64,000 nt of DNA from Octopus bimaculoides. Taxonomy: Eukaryota. The position numbers were made by a program, and so were the translations under genes. The stretch is from the NCBI RefSeq assembly GCF_001194135.2, contig NC_068982.1:132144330-132208329 (forward strand), written 5' to 3'. Of this stretch, positions 1 through 11,560 are shown in pieces. Under the pieces are notes generated by a model. That model saw only the letters and a program-made list of their open reading frames with translations, ran no database searches and was not told the DNA's origin. Within the stretch, counting starts at the first letter, position 1, and each line of letters starts with the position of its first letter.

Positions 1-54
1 ATAATAATAATAGAAATAATAATAATAATTATTATTATAATTATTATTATTATA

Positions 55-113
<59 letters not shown>

Positions 114-120
114 TATTTTA
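1..120. repeat. (AAT)n/(ATT)n microsatellite
   Basis: Direct reading of trinucleotide tract. Confidence 0.95.
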
Positions 121-1214
121 TTATTCGTGATCATCATCATTACGATGATAGGTACAATAATTAGTAGGAAAATGAGAAATCGGGGAAAAAAGTTATTTAG
201 TTATGTCTATTTCCTGAACTCAAATCTCAAAGGGGTCGGCTAGTACTTCAACAATAACACCACTTTGAACAGTAACATGAACAATGCAAACAGCAATAAC
301 CTCACAACTACCAACAGCAACAATAACAACAACAGTTTCATCGGCAAAAGCAGTAGCAAACAAAAAAAAAACAAGGAATAAATTCTAATTCTTTATTTTT
401 AACGAAAAGGAATTCATGACTCGACTAGTCTCAAGAGAGAACAGCAATGACAATTACAACAATATTGGAGACAACAACCATAAACGAGAAAAGAGAAGAT
501 AAATATCAAAGAAACTATGACAACGACAATACTAACACCATTAATATTTCCGGTATTGCGACGAAAACGACTGGACGTGCCGTCTCCTTCACCCAATATT
601 CTATTCTGTTTGCCAGAACTAGCTCCACCACGACTACGTCAATCACCAGCACAACCACCATCAATAAAAAAACATATTTTCCACCACTACACCTACCACG
701 TGCACCGTAGCCGCCGTAACTACCATCCGTAGCAACAGCAGTAGCGACAACATACACAGCAGCGAAAGAACTGCAAAGACCGGCTTCTTTGAGAACCTGC
801 AAGAATAACTCAATAAGTCTCTCCTGGGAGAAAATCGGAAAGAATTGACCACCAGCATAAAAGATCCAACTGGGATAAAACAAGAGGGCTACATGAATAG
901 TGTTTGAAGAAAATACTTTCTGATATGTGGGGTTTAAGAGCAATGGAGTAGGAGATGTCGTGAACAGAAGTGTCTGGCACGAAATCACTAGCAGTGGGCA
1001 TTATGAAACTGGGAGAAGTTTCTCTCGGATGCTAACGCAGTAGTATTATATAAAGTATTATACGAGGAGGGGCTAAGAGGTTATTCTCGCACCTGTATAC
1101 AGGAACCTTTGAGTGGTGAAAGTGACGTTGTTTAATGGGCTGCCAGAATTAAACGTTGGGTGGTAGCAAGCTTTTCCTGGTGGGTATAGACACAATTATA
1201 GAAAATTAGCCCCG

Positions 1215-1395
1215 AAAATGGAATAAAGATTTTCATACAGCTACAATCCAACAACTTGGAGAAGATTCTGGGCCGAATAGACTACTGGAACGATACCTTA
1301 CTGCACTTATCTGTAGAAGGTAGACTTCCTTAGTGCAACAATTGTAGTAGCACCAAGTCCATAAATAGCTTCTGCCCACAACAGAAAACCACTAA
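1215..1395 (+). mobile_element. Possible degenerate LINE ORF1 (zinc-knuckle-like) fragment
   Basis: Translates ...LHLSVEGRLP*CNNCSSTKSINSFCPQQK, resembling VEGR-x-CxxC-x4-H-x4-C knuckles but lacking the His; weak. Confidence 0.25.
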
Positions 1396-1444
1396 AGGAA
1401 ATCTTCCGCTGCCGCAAACATCACAAATGCAGCAATGACAATTG

Positions 1445-2862
1445 CTACAACGTGGTGTGTTAATCTTAAAGAGAAGCAAAATCAAACGTATGGACAGGCT
1501 AACGATACCGTCGAGAGAGGTTATGAAGCAGATAGAAGAGACGGACTATAAGTACTTGGGGATTTTGGAAATGGATAAATTTGATGGAGAAGAAATGACA
1601 GAAAAACTTAAGGTAGAGTACTTGTGCAGACTGGGACTGATCCTTAAGTCGAATTAAACGGACGGAATAAGATTGAAGCTATCAACACCTGGGCGGTTTC
1701 ATTCCTTAGATACGGAACAGAGGTAATTGCATGGACAGTAGACAAATTAAACAGCTTAGACAGATAGACAAGGAAGTTGCTAACTTGATATGTTGCTAAC
1801 TAGACACTGATCACCTATCCATAAAGAGAACAAATGGAGGAAGGGGACTGATAAGTGTGGAAGACTGCGTGCGTATCGAACTCGAGAGCTTAACGAGATA
1901 CCTAACCCAAAATAAGGAAACCTTGCTAGTGACAGTTAGGAACGAGGGAGTAGTGAGAGCAGAAAAAAAAGAGAAAAGAAAGGAAAAAGTACAAAAATGA
2001 CATGAAGAAGAAATACGCCAGAAGGGACTACACAATCAATTCCATGTAGCCAGAACAGAAGTTGCTGGAAATAATAGGTAGGATTTGCTGATGAAAGAAA
2101 CCCTAAAAATATAGACCGAGAGCACTATACTGGCAACGCAGGACCAAGCTCTGGCCACGAACTGGAGAGTCAACCATTGAATGAGCAAGTATCTCCGCTG
2201 TGCTGCATCTGCAATTGAGTGATTGAATCCATTGCCAACATCACGAGCGAATGCCATAGACTTGTCCAAAACCAATACAAGTTGTGGCGACACGACCATG
2301 TAGCGAAAGTGTTCTACTGGAAACTGTGCCTAAAGAGGAAGCTAGAGAGAGGCAACACGTGGTATGAGCACAGATAGCAGAAAGTGGCTGAGTCGGAGAC
2401 TAGCAAAATCTTCTGGGATTTCCCAATCCAAACTGATCAGATGCTAGAGCATAGCAGACCGGAGATAATGGTGGTAGACAAAGTACACTACATATGCTAT
2501 ATAGTTGACTTTGCATGCCCCTTTTACCCACGAATAGTCAAGAAGGAAGTGGAAGAGATAGATAGATACAACCCTGTTAAGTACGAAATAGCCTGGCTAT
2601 GGTAAATGAAGATGAAGATAGTGCTAATTATTGTGGGTCCTTGGGAACAGTATCAGAAGGCATCAAGAGGAATATAAAGGAAATTTGAATAGAGTGCCCA
2701 GTAGAACTGTTACAAAAGGTTTGCTCCGTTGGTACGGCCAGTATAATCAGAAAAGTGTTAAATAGCTGAAAAGAGCGAATAGCATGGTACTGTAGGCTGC
2801 AGTTAGTAAGCCCGCTACGCATGCGAGACTTCAGGAGCTCCAACAAAACCTGTGATAAAAAG
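1445..2862 (+). mobile_element. 5'-truncated R4/Dong-clade non-LTR retrotransposon, subfamily A (post-RT region, CCHC remnant, RLE endonuclease, 3' UTR), decayed
   Basis: YKYLGILE, NKIEAINTWAVSFLRYG, SKIFWDFPIQTDQMLEHSRPEIMVVDK...IVDFACP (PD..D type RLE); ends at (AAT)n; 3' end nearly identical to 45902-45990 minus. Confidence 0.9.
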
Positions 2863-2865
2863 AAA

Positions 2866-2873
2866 ATAATAAC

Positions 2874-2939
<66 letters not shown>

Positions 2940-2943
2940 AATA
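2866..2943. repeat. (AAT)n tail/target tract of the Dong-like element
   Basis: Direct reading. Confidence 0.95.
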
Positions 2944-3926
2944 AAAGATCCTAAAGAAGTTGTTAGAAAGTTGAAGGAATGACCCAAAAGACATTTGGCC
3001 ATTTGATATGGGTCGCTTTTTTGTATAGCGTTGGTATAAAATCTATCAGAGCAAAAGTGTCAATGAAAAATTAATAAAAGAAGAAAAAGAAAAATAAGAA
3101 GGAAGAGGAGGAGGAGGTGGATACTATCACCACCACCACTACAGCTGCTACTGGATACACACATACACATGCACGCACACACATACATGCATACAGATAC
3201 AAGTTCTAACATAATGCAGATAAAAAAAAATTATTATTAGCTGTTGTTTTAAAATATATCATTGGTTACTGCACATTTTCCACAAATCAACTTCCTGTTG
3301 TTAATATTTTGCAGCTTAATTAGTTGCCATGACAGCAACAAAAGGCAATAATTATAACGTCGTTGATTACTTGATTTATGCCACATTTCCACTGATGATG
3401 CAAAAAAAAATGAGTTATTTGGTTTTTAATGTAACAATGATCAGTACAAACGAACGCTCATTTTTAGTTATGTAAATGCGTCTACCATCGCTCCGACTAT
3501 TAAACAGAAAATTTTATGGCTTGATGAAGTTGGCAGTTAATAAATATGAATGAAAAATTTACAGAGCATTATAATTACTTAAAGAAGCGTCAAAGCACTA
3601 TGAAAATGGAAGCTAGAATACGAAAGACCGGTGACATATGATACGCACTCCAAGCAAAGAGACTTGAATGCAGAGAATAACGAACGTTTTATGTGATATT
3701 CGAAAATATGCAGTATTTGAATATGGAACCAGTGTAACTGAAGATGGATATTCGAAACTCTTGAAGCATGGGAAACTACGCATGAATGACTCATAATTAC
3801 ATAGATCAGTTTCATTTTTAACTAAACTCACAATAAAAGTCGTAATTATAACAAAAGAAACTAATTTTGCAACATCATTATGGTTAATTTTTTAATATAT
3901 TTGTTATCATTGTGGCTTTCAATATA

Positions 3927-4143
3927 CGAGGGAGTGCTGAAAAATTCCTGGCATCAAAGATATTGCGGAAGACCTGGTTGGAGGCCCAACCTTTCGAGTT
4001 CTTTTACAGGGCATAGAAAGACTGAAGTACAGCTGCAAAAAGTGTGTGAATCTGAGAAGGGAATATGTTGAATAAAATCATAATTAACTGGTCTTCCTGT
4101 GTTTTCTTTTACCCAAAACCAGGAACTTTTCAGTACTGCCTCG
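3927..4143 (+). mobile_element. Mariner-derived miniature element (217 bp) with TA target duplication
   Basis: TIRs tacgagggagtgctgaaaaattcctgg / revcomp tacgaggcagtactgaaaagttcctgg (24/27 including TA); interior encodes GIERLKYSCKKCVNLRREYVE*, like a mariner transposase C-terminus. Confidence 0.85.
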
Positions 4144-4344
4144 TATGAAAATGTTTCTGAAAACTTGTCCGTGAGAGGCAGCGAAAAATGCGTCTTTGAC
4201 AAAAGAGGATCTCTCTAAATCATAATTTAATTTAATAAATGATAGATAAGCAAAAATATTAAGCAATGCTCTCATTGCTGATTGTAATCTAACAAAAAAG
4301 ATCAATAACTCTTGATGTGAAATCTGAAGCATGTGTGTTTTAGA

Positions 4345-4860
4345 GGCATATTTAAATTTGACAGTTTATTCATAAGTAGAACCACATTGCAACGACTGGT
4401 CCTTCTCTTCAGGACCAGAAGATACGTCACCACCACCCCACCAATTATTGGCACTCTACAAAGCTCAAGTAAAGCCCGTAATGGAGTATCGCTCTTACAT
4501 CTGGATCAGTGCTGCTGCTTTCCACACATACATACAAGATCATACCTTACTCCATTTGGCATTAAATCACTTAACAGACATTCTCCAGTCACTTCTCGCA
4601 GGCACACCGTCTCCTCACTTCACCTTTTCTACCGCTACTAGAATGACCTCTACTCCTTAGATTTGAATAGGTTCGTTATACCATAAGTCAGGCATTCCTC
4701 CATCCATTCGTCATTCCTACCATCACTTCCTCCATTTCCAGAACGTCTACTTTATGAATTTCCAGTTCTGCTCAAATTTTTCCCACGGGTGTTGACTTAA
4801 AAAGACTTAAAAAGGACATTAATGACATAAATCTCTCCAGGCTAGGAGTGAATGAGGATG
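4345..4860 (+). mobile_element. CR1/L2/Jockey-group LINE 3' fragment (post-RT region)
   Basis: LALYKAQVKPVMEYRSYIW and RRHTVSSLHLFYRY match the LYKAQVRPxMEY..W / RR.VASL..FYR motifs. Confidence 0.7.
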
Positions 4861-5942
4861 TCATCCGCCCTGCCCTTACCTTGAAACCTAACAAGTAAAA
4901 CATATTCGAAACTATCTGCATAAAGAGACAATTATGAAACAAATCAACGCAGACACGGAATAGGATAAGTGGCTTTAAATGCTATCTGTATCTATGAGTA
5001 TTGCAGTAAAGAAAATGTTACGAGTTTGTGATTTGTTAGCATCAAGTATTCCTTAATATACAAGATACCAGAATGAGAAGTGAAACAGCCAAGGTAACTT
5101 AATGCTAGTTATGTTCCGTGTTAAGTTATTATCCATACATTTATCGATTTGGAGTCCTTGAGAACCACTGTAGCTTGGAAAATATGAGAGGATAAATATC
5201 CGAAAGAGAGAACGAAAAAATGTCAAAGCAAGTGTTACAAATGGATGCTGTCAGCAAAGTGTTGCGATTTAATTACAACGTAAGACATCCTATAGACTAT
5301 GTCTTACAATCTAGAGGCGGCTTACTGAAAAGATGGATCATCTTGTTGGATTTCTAGAACTAGATGCTGTATGATAAATACCACAAATTATGTTAATAAA
5401 AATTTGGTAAGCTCGATTTTGGAAAATAGATCACAAATTATATGCTTCAGATTACTTATGGCAAAACTAGAAGTTTTGCCACAAGTTGTTTGATCTAATA
5501 CCTAAAGAAATACTATCAAATAGGGTCCGCCGGTCTAGTATTAAATAGATAGTATCAAATGTCTGAAAACATTACGACACCAGTAAATAAAATATTATAC
5601 AGGAAAAAATAACCTAGTTATTGTGGCTCAAAAATAGAAAATCGAATCAAAAGTAAGGCTAGATAAAGACAAGTAATAAATGCAATTATAATTATACAGT
5701 TTAGAGGATTCTTAAAGTGGCTTTCACAAAGTAATGGATTAAGAACGCCGAAATAGTTCGTGTAAGAAAAAAAATTCATTGGACACAAATAAATAAATAA
5801 ATAAATAAATACTGGAATTGCATATATTCCTTCCAAACTGACAACTGCTACGATTGCAGAAGCAATAATCCTTTGGGACATTCATACGAACATCCATGTT
5901 ATCAAAACATCAAAACATGATGACTAGACTTGATAACCAACG

Positions 5943-5943
<1 letters not shown>

Positions 5944-5988
<45 letters not shown>

Positions 5989-6045
5989 TATACATATATA
6001 AACATACATACATACATACATACATACATACACACATACATGTAT
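5944..6045. repeat. (AT)n/(ACAT)n compound microsatellite
   Basis: Direct reading. Confidence 0.95.
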
Positions 6046-7063
6046 ATTTGTGTGCGTACACCCACACACACATACTTGCATGTATACACATTTGCATTCT
6101 GTTCGACAACAACCTCCCAACATCAAAAAATTAAAGAAAAGTAAAAGAAAAGTCGACATAACCAAACATAGATATGAATCTGATAAAATCACGGTACGTT
6201 AGAGTGATTATGATAGCAAATATGACAGAGATTATAGAAAATAAACAGCGCAAATGACAGCGAGAAAGATTACTTAAAGTTTGATGGATTTTTTTTTTTT
6301 TTTAGAAAAAGTTTGAGTAGAAGAATATATTTTACATCGTCAGAAAGAAGAGAAGACTAACGTTTCGGTCGCTTGTCTTTTCTTGGAAATAGAGATAAAA
6401 TTGATTTGCACTAAGTTACTGGTGATCTAGTGATTAGTACTTATTAGATTATTACGGTCTATTTGATTGCGTAGAATAAAATTAGCGGAGCAATAAATGT
6501 TGGAAAAGAAAGAAGAGAAAATTCAGAGGGAATAGAGGAAGAGATGGTACGAATAGTGGGAGAATTAACGATCTGGGATGAGGTAAAATGTGTGGAAAAA
6601 GTGGTCAATATAGTATCAATGTAAAAATCAACGAAAAGGATATCCTATGCAAGGAGACGAGCGAGAAAAGAACATTTATACGATAATATGGCCGCACACA
6701 TAAACGTGTTGGGGAAGAGAGGGGAAAGTGAATGAGCTGATTAGAGTGGGCTGAAGAACGAAAGAATAAAAGTTCGTCAGAGAAAAAAATGTAAAAGGAA
6801 TTGATGAGTGGTTTTAAATTTACGAAGGAAATCTTACAGAAAGGAGATAAAAAAGTTTAGTCAACTTTTACGTGATATGAGAGGAGGAAGAAGTTGAAGA
6901 TTAAAAATAGAAAAGTGAACAAGAAATGAAAGTACATCCGTATTCATATACACACATACAAGCAACACATACGTATGCATTTATACAAACATACACACAT
7001 ACATATACACATGTGTACCTATGCATTCATGTGTGCACATGTATGCGTATGTGTGTGTGTGAA

Positions 7064-7371
7064 GGCGCGTGGCTTAGTTGTTAGGATATTCGGCTTACGA
7101 TCGTGAGTTCGAAAACCGGCGGTGCGTTGTGTCCTTGAGCAAGATACTTTATTTCACGTTGCTCTAGTTCACTTAGCTGGAACAAATGACTAGTTCCTGT
7201 AATGCAAAAGGTCCAACCTTGTCACATTTTGGATCACGCTAAATCTGCCTGAGAACTACGCCAAGAATACGCGTGTCCATGGACTACTCAGCCACTTACA
7301 CGTTAATTTCATGAGTAGGCTGTTGATCGGATCAACTGGAACCCTCGTCGTCGTAACGGAATGTCAGTAAC
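7064..7371 (+). mobile_element. tRNA-derived SINE (family 1) with CORE/Meta-like central domain
   Basis: A-box-like gtggcttagttg, B-box-like gagttcgaaaacc, then gttgtgtccttgagcaagatacttt; the 3' end recurs on minus at 26108-26157. Confidence 0.8.
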
Positions 7372-7389
7372 ATATATATCATAAAGAAC

Positions 7390-8345
7390 ATTTTAGCATC
7401 GGTTTCAGTCTTTGCGACTTTTTCAACTTAGAGTAAAACATGGAAAACAATTAAATTGTGGAAAAATTGAATGAAATGTTGTTTTTTTTTATATTTCCAT
7501 AGTTTTCAAATACAAGGGACATTTTCCTTTTTTTTTCTTTTTTGTCTGTCTGTCTTCCTGTTTTACTCTTGTGAAGACTTGGTAGCAGGTAGCAGGTAGT
7601 AGCAGTCTTAAAAGAATATTTGATATGAGTTCTTGGTTTTGATTGTTTAAGCAGCAGTAGTAGCCGTAGAAGAAGAAGAAGAAGAAGAAGAAGAAGAAGA
7701 AGAAGAAGAAGAAGAAGAAGAAGAAGAAGAAGAAGAAGAAGAAGAAGAAGAAGAAGAAGAATACGGGAGTGTTATGACAGTAGTAGGATGTTGGTGGAAT
7801 CTTCTTAAATGGTCAAGTGATCTAAAAGTGACCTGTTGTGGTTGTAATAGTAATGATTAGAATTGTTCTGAATAAATTCATGCCTTGTGACTGTTCTGAA
7901 GATATCGTTTTTAATACTTGATGGGTATTATTCTAAGGCCCTTGTAGTAGTGTCATTTGCGGTGGATGCATTCAAAAGGGGTTTATATTTTGTGATAAAA
8001 TATTACTCTTTGCTAATGCTCTGATTATAGGTTGCATCGTCCCTGAATTTATAGAGGGGAAACAATTTAAAGTTGGGTTGTTTGTTAATGGCGCAAATGT
8101 CAATGTGTTCGCTGAATGCTATTTTTCTGTATCCCCGAATTTTGATCTGGGATCTATGCAGAGCCATTCTTTGACGTAGACGTTTTTTTATTTGGCTTAT
8201 GTATTGCTCTCGACATATATGTATTAACTGAGTAAGTTAATACATATATTAGGTTTTCCGAAGCACATGTGGAGTTGTTTTCCATTGTAAAACGTTGACC
8301 CTATTTGAAAGAGAACTACGATCCCTTGATTAGGTTGACACATAT
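7390..8345 (-). mobile_element. Penelope-like element 3' part: GIY-YIG endonuclease remnant plus pseudo-LTR, interrupted by (AGA)n
   Basis: Minus translation FTMENNSTCASENLIYVLT...RLRQRMALHRSQIK...FSEHID...YFITKYKP; degenerate HHR-like gtcgcaaagactgaaaccgat near 7400-7425. Confidence 0.7.
7668..7760. repeat. (AGA)n microsatellite
   Basis: Direct reading. Confidence 0.95.
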
Positions 8346-8355
8346 ACCACAGTTC

Positions 8356-8432
8356 TTTCTCTTCTTCTTCTTCTTCTTCTTCTTCTTCTTCTTCTTCTTC
8401 TTCTTCTTCTTCTTCTTCTTCTTCTTCTTCTT
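8356..8432. repeat. (TTC)n microsatellite
   Basis: Direct reading. Confidence 0.95.
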
Positions 8433-8499
8433 CGGCTACTACTGCAGCTTAAACAATCAAAACCAAGAACTCATATCAAATATTCTTTTAGAAAAATGA

Positions 8500-9000
8500 T
8501 GACGCTTATTGCAATAACCGTGACATATCTCTTTTGAGTGTTGCCGGAGAAAATCTTCATCTGCACCCTGTTATTATATCACCTCATTGGAATAGCCACC
8601 TGTGTGCTTCCTGAGTCTCAAGACGACTTTTGCCCAATGCACAACACAGTCGACACGATTTTTGTTGCTCGACGACTCTTAGAAAAGCTAGGGAGCACCA
8701 AAAGGAGATTGGCTTTGCTTCCTTAGACCTATGTAAGGCTTTTAACTTCATCGATCTCGATCTACTGTAAACCATACTCAGGAAATTAGAATGCTTTCAC
8801 ATTTTCTTCAAATATCGCGTCGCATTCAGAATGGTATGACTGTAAATGTCTCTGTAGATAGCAAAACATCACTGTCTTTTCAAGTTAGAGTCGGTATTAA
8901 GCAAGGAACTATTCTTGCTCCCATACTTTCCAGCATCTGTCTCGTCGCTGTGACACTCCTGACAAGGACATGGATGAGAAAAATAAAATACTTGTGACAT
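8500..9000 (+). mobile_element. RTE-clade LINE reverse transcriptase fragment, frameshifted
   Basis: NRDISLLSVAG, LPESQDDF...TVDTIFVARRLLEK, DLCKAF, GIKQGTILAPIL (RT motifs 1-4). Confidence 0.8.
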
Positions 9001-9947
9001 CATAGCTAAGTCCTAATTCTTTCCCACTTTCGTAGGGGTTCTTGCTACTTTAAGACTTTACCATGGTCTTTTAGCTGCAGTATGATATACTACAGCTGTA
9101 TCTGTCCGTTCATCATCATCATTATCATCATCATCATGTCTCTGAATTCAGCTTTCAGCGAATGGCTCCAGCGTTGTGCTGCTGTTCTTCAATTTTCCTT
9201 TTACCATAAACCTGTAGTTACCACCGATATTTCTATCGAAAATCAGGACTTAGGCTACACTTTTTCTTTTGTTGGTAATGCAAACATCATCTTTAGTGGC
9301 GCAACACTAAATTGTTAATTGTTATTAAACTCCTCAATCAAGTAGGTTAATAACAATTACACATACAACATCTGCGATTGGATGCCTGTGTAGATGAGGG
9401 AAGTGAAACCGGAACTTGCACTATTTTACGAAGATTTATGCATATTAAACAGCCTCTATTACGACTCTATTATGTGGATGCGAATCGTGGACATTTTACA
9501 GAAAGTAAAGCAAAACATCGGAAGCCTTCCACATTTACTGTCTGCAACGTATCCTAAGAATAACTTAGAGGAACGCAATAACTCGCACTGCATTCTCAAA
9601 AATATGCAATACATCAGCGACGAAGCAAGGATTATGATGCACATTTTCTGCAAGCCCGGACTAGTGATTTGATTGGAAGAGTCCTTCTGCTAAAAATAGT
9701 ACACCGTGTCGAACTAATAGAGGACTTTTGTCAACGTGGTGATCTTAAGAAAGATTGCAAAGACTGATCGAAGCATATACTCACTGACTGCAGATCGATA
9801 GGTGGAAGGAAAATGTTACCTGAATGGTATACAAAAGTTCGAAACCGAAGGTATAAGGCAATAATATGAACAAACGGCAACTCGTCACGGTTGCCAAATC
9901 CAATCATCATACATCGATAGCGCATTACTTCACCCATGTCCCACGTA

Positions 9948-10068
<121 letters not shown>

Positions 10069-10264
10069 ATCGGAGAGAGATAGGTTAGATATATGTAAGA
10101 GTGGAAGGAAGGTCTCCAACAATGATTGTTGTGATTCATTATGGTTAGAAGGGGCGGAGAAATCCAATTCAATCCAGTTCAAACGGTATTCATTAGATAA
10201 ATCACTGATCAGACAATGTTTAAATCAAACCATCAAATTTAGCCCGAAAATTCTGTATATGTAC

Positions 10265-10304
<40 letters not shown>

Positions 10305-10676
10305 NNNNNNNNNNNNNNNNNNNNNNNNNNNNNNNNNNNNNNNNNNNNNNNNNNNNNNNNNNNNNNNNNNNNNNNNNNNNNNNNNNNNNNNNNNNNNNNN
10401 NNNNNNNNNNNNNNNNNNNNNNNNNNNNNNNNNNNNNNNNNNNNNNNNNNNNNNNNNNNNNNNNNNNNNNNNNNNNNNNNNNNNNNNNNNNNNNNNNNNN
10501 NNNNNNNNNNNNNNNNNNNNNNNNNNNNNNNNNNNNNNNNNNNNNNNNNNNNNNNNNNNNNNNNNNNNNNNNNNNNNNNNNNNNNNNNNNNNNNNNNNNN
10601 NNNNNNNNNNNNNNNNNNNNNNNNNNNNNNNNNNNNNNNNNNNNNNNNNNNNNNNNNNNNNNNNNNNNNNNNNNNN
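10305..10676. other. Assembly gap flanked by (AT)n
   Basis: N run. Confidence 1.
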
Positions 10677-10707
<31 letters not shown>

Positions 10708-11491
10708 TATATGGGTACAGGACGTCACCAATTGTAAACAACACGAAGTATGAAAACAAACAAGTTAAATACGCAAACAACGAGAGAGAAAAATGGAAAA
10801 CAGAACAAGTAACACAAAGAACGACCCTTCGTCAGTTGTCGGCTGTCTATCTACTCCTTATTTCGATCATTCAACAACAACATAAGTCTTCGAAGACAGT
10901 TGCTCCCATAACTTCCAAAATAAACTTTTGGATTTATGGCGGGTCAAAGTTGGAAACAAAAACAGGACAGTGGAGACATATAAGGAAACCGAACGAAAAC
11001 AAACAAGGAGGGTAGTTAGGGCAGAACGAGGCGAAAATAATGAACGCTGGGTGTCCTTAGGAGGTCGTGCAAGAAAAGAAAGATGGTCACGGGACGTTGG
11101 TCACGTGTGAGCAATGAGAGAGAGAAAAAGAGCAAGAGACGGAGAGAGAAGGAAATAGGTAGAAAACGGTGAAGGGGAGAAAAAGGGAATTAGAGAAGGA
11201 TGGGGGGAAAACAGTACACAGTAGAGTAGCATCAAAAAGGTTAAGATAAACTTGCTTGGAAATGGATGCGTGGCGTTCAATTAAATAATAGTATAATTAA
11301 TATATATATATACATATATATGCATATATGCGTATAAGAAGGGATGACCACTAAGTGGACATCCGATATGCTAGAAAGCGGTCATCAAAGACCCAACCAC
11401 GAAGAAAAATAATGTTCTCCAGAAAAAAAATTCGCAAACACCAGAACATAAGCGGGCAAGATAAAATGAGAAATATACAGAATAAAGAATT

Positions 11492-11560
11492 AATTGTGTA
11501 CCGGTTTCGCCATTAACATTTTACTTACGTAAAAACATCTGTGGTCTCTTCAGCACAATC
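11492..11560 (-). ncRNA. Candidate type I hammerhead ribozyme with palindromic stem III
   Basis: Minus: GATTGTG-CTGAAGA-GACCA...TGGC-GAAA-CCGG-TA-CACAATT; 7-bp stem I, intact core, GUA site. Confidence 0.65.

Noticed and set aside
414-1050. Thr/Asn-rich ORFs 447-710 and 515-988
   Set aside because: Low-complexity ACA-rich sequence with no recognisable domain or splice context
3738-3765. CTGAAGA...GAAAC hammerhead-like spacing
   Set aside because: Stem II cannot form with a viable loop and there is no UH site or stem I
9394-9672. 92-aa ORF in unique sequence
   Set aside because: No motif recognised; length is within chance expectation
10780-10900. Minus-strand GAAA...CTGACGA arrangement (type II HHR?)
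   Set aside because: Stem I and stem III do not pair convincingly
11342-11364. Hairpin ggatgaccactaagtggacatcc
   Set aside because: Short imperfect palindrome; no terminal context to assign a function
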